From positions 1-32,026 of the forward strand of contig JASGMO010000001.1 in NCBI GenBank assembly GCA_030156465.1: 32,026 nt of DNA, written 5' to 3'. The position numbers and the translations under genes are program-made. Positions 31,688 to 32,026 of this stretch are shown piece after piece. Under the pieces are notes generated by a model. The model ran no database searches, was not told the origin of the DNA, and saw only the letters and a list, made by a program, of their open reading frames with translations. The DNA is from Patescibacteria group bacterium. Lineage in GTDB: Bacteria; Patescibacteriota; Minisyncoccia; Minisyncoccales; Minisyncoccaceae. Each line of letters opens with the position of its first letter. The stretch's first letter is position 1.

Positions 31688-32026
31688 ATGAAATTCATAT
31701 TAGGAAAAAAAATTGAAATGAGTCAGATATTCAAAGAAGATGGAACAGTGGTTCCAGTGACTTTGGTTAAAACGGAAGAATGTAATGTTGTTCAAGTAAA
31801 AACAAAAGACAATGATGGCTACGAAGCGGTTAAGATTGGTTTTGAAAATTTGCCAGAAAGAAAGATTAAAAAATCAGGAACACCATATAGACATTTAAAA
31901 GAGTTTAAGGGCGACATCAATGAAACAAAAGCGGGAGATAAAATTTCATTAGAAATTTTTCAACTAGGAGATAGAGTTAAGGTTTCCGGAGTATCTAAAG
32001 GAAAAGGATTCCAAGGAGCAGTTAAG
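31688..32026 (+). CDS. rplC: 50S ribosomal protein L3 (partial; 3' end lies outside the window)
   Basis: MKFILGKKIEMSQIFKEDGTVVPVTLV...GYEAVKIGF...VSGVSKGKGFQGAVK. In frame to the window end. Confidence 0.9.
   Translation, partial: MKFILGKKIEMSQIFKEDGTVVPVTLVKTEECNVVQVKTKDNDGYEAVKIGFENLPERKIKKSGTPYRHLKEFKGDINETKAGDKISLEIFQLGDRVKVSGVSKGKGFQGAVK

Noticed and set aside
1-32026. Alternative genetic code (UGA recoded as Gly, as in some candidate phyla)
   Set aside because: uvrA, mnmA, the desulfurase and iscU all end at TGA at the expected protein C-termini, often as ATGA stop/start overlaps. All conserved genes are intact under code 11.

Overview
AT-rich (about one-third G+C by eye), very gene-dense window, almost entirely on the + strand, with many 1-40 nt gene overlaps. 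It looks like core chromosome of a reduced-genome bacterium. Short housekeeping proteins, near absence of Shine-Dalgarno sequences and many small acidic hypothetical proteins fit best with Patescibacteria/CPR, but that is an inference. UGA is used as a stop, so the standard code 11 applies. Gene order: 3' end of an RRM RNA-binding protein; a contiguous overlapping uvrB-uvrA-uvrC operon; small envelope and housekeeping genes (tRNA-binding CsaA-like, SIMPL/DUF541, FKBP, family-4 UDG, DUF167, DUF212, short PrmC-like methyltransferase, UppP, AlkD-like protein); a membrane-anchored VirD4/FtsK-HerA-like P-loop ATPase followed by three highly acidic hypothetical proteins; a UvrD-type helicase fused to a Cas4/AddB-type Fe-S nuclease; gpsA; a tightly coupled operon of ferredoxin-mnmA-cysteine desulfurase-IscU-DUF1858-ComEC-type MBL hydrolase-atypical long adenylate kinase homologue; a candidate structured small RNA with its own promoter and terminator; rpmB plus tRNA-Pro(GGG) on the minus strand; M50 protease; SDR oxidoreductase; then rpsL-rpsG-fusA-(67 aa ORF)-tuf-rpsJ-rplC. 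No CRISPR array, transposase, integrase or rRNA was seen. The best candidates for undescribed biology are the ATPase plus acidic-protein cluster (11.3-15.9 kb), the orphan rod-shaped RNA (24.83-24.96 kb), and the window-wide pattern of leaderless, SD-less initiation. All functional calls come from motif recognition by eye, with no database search.
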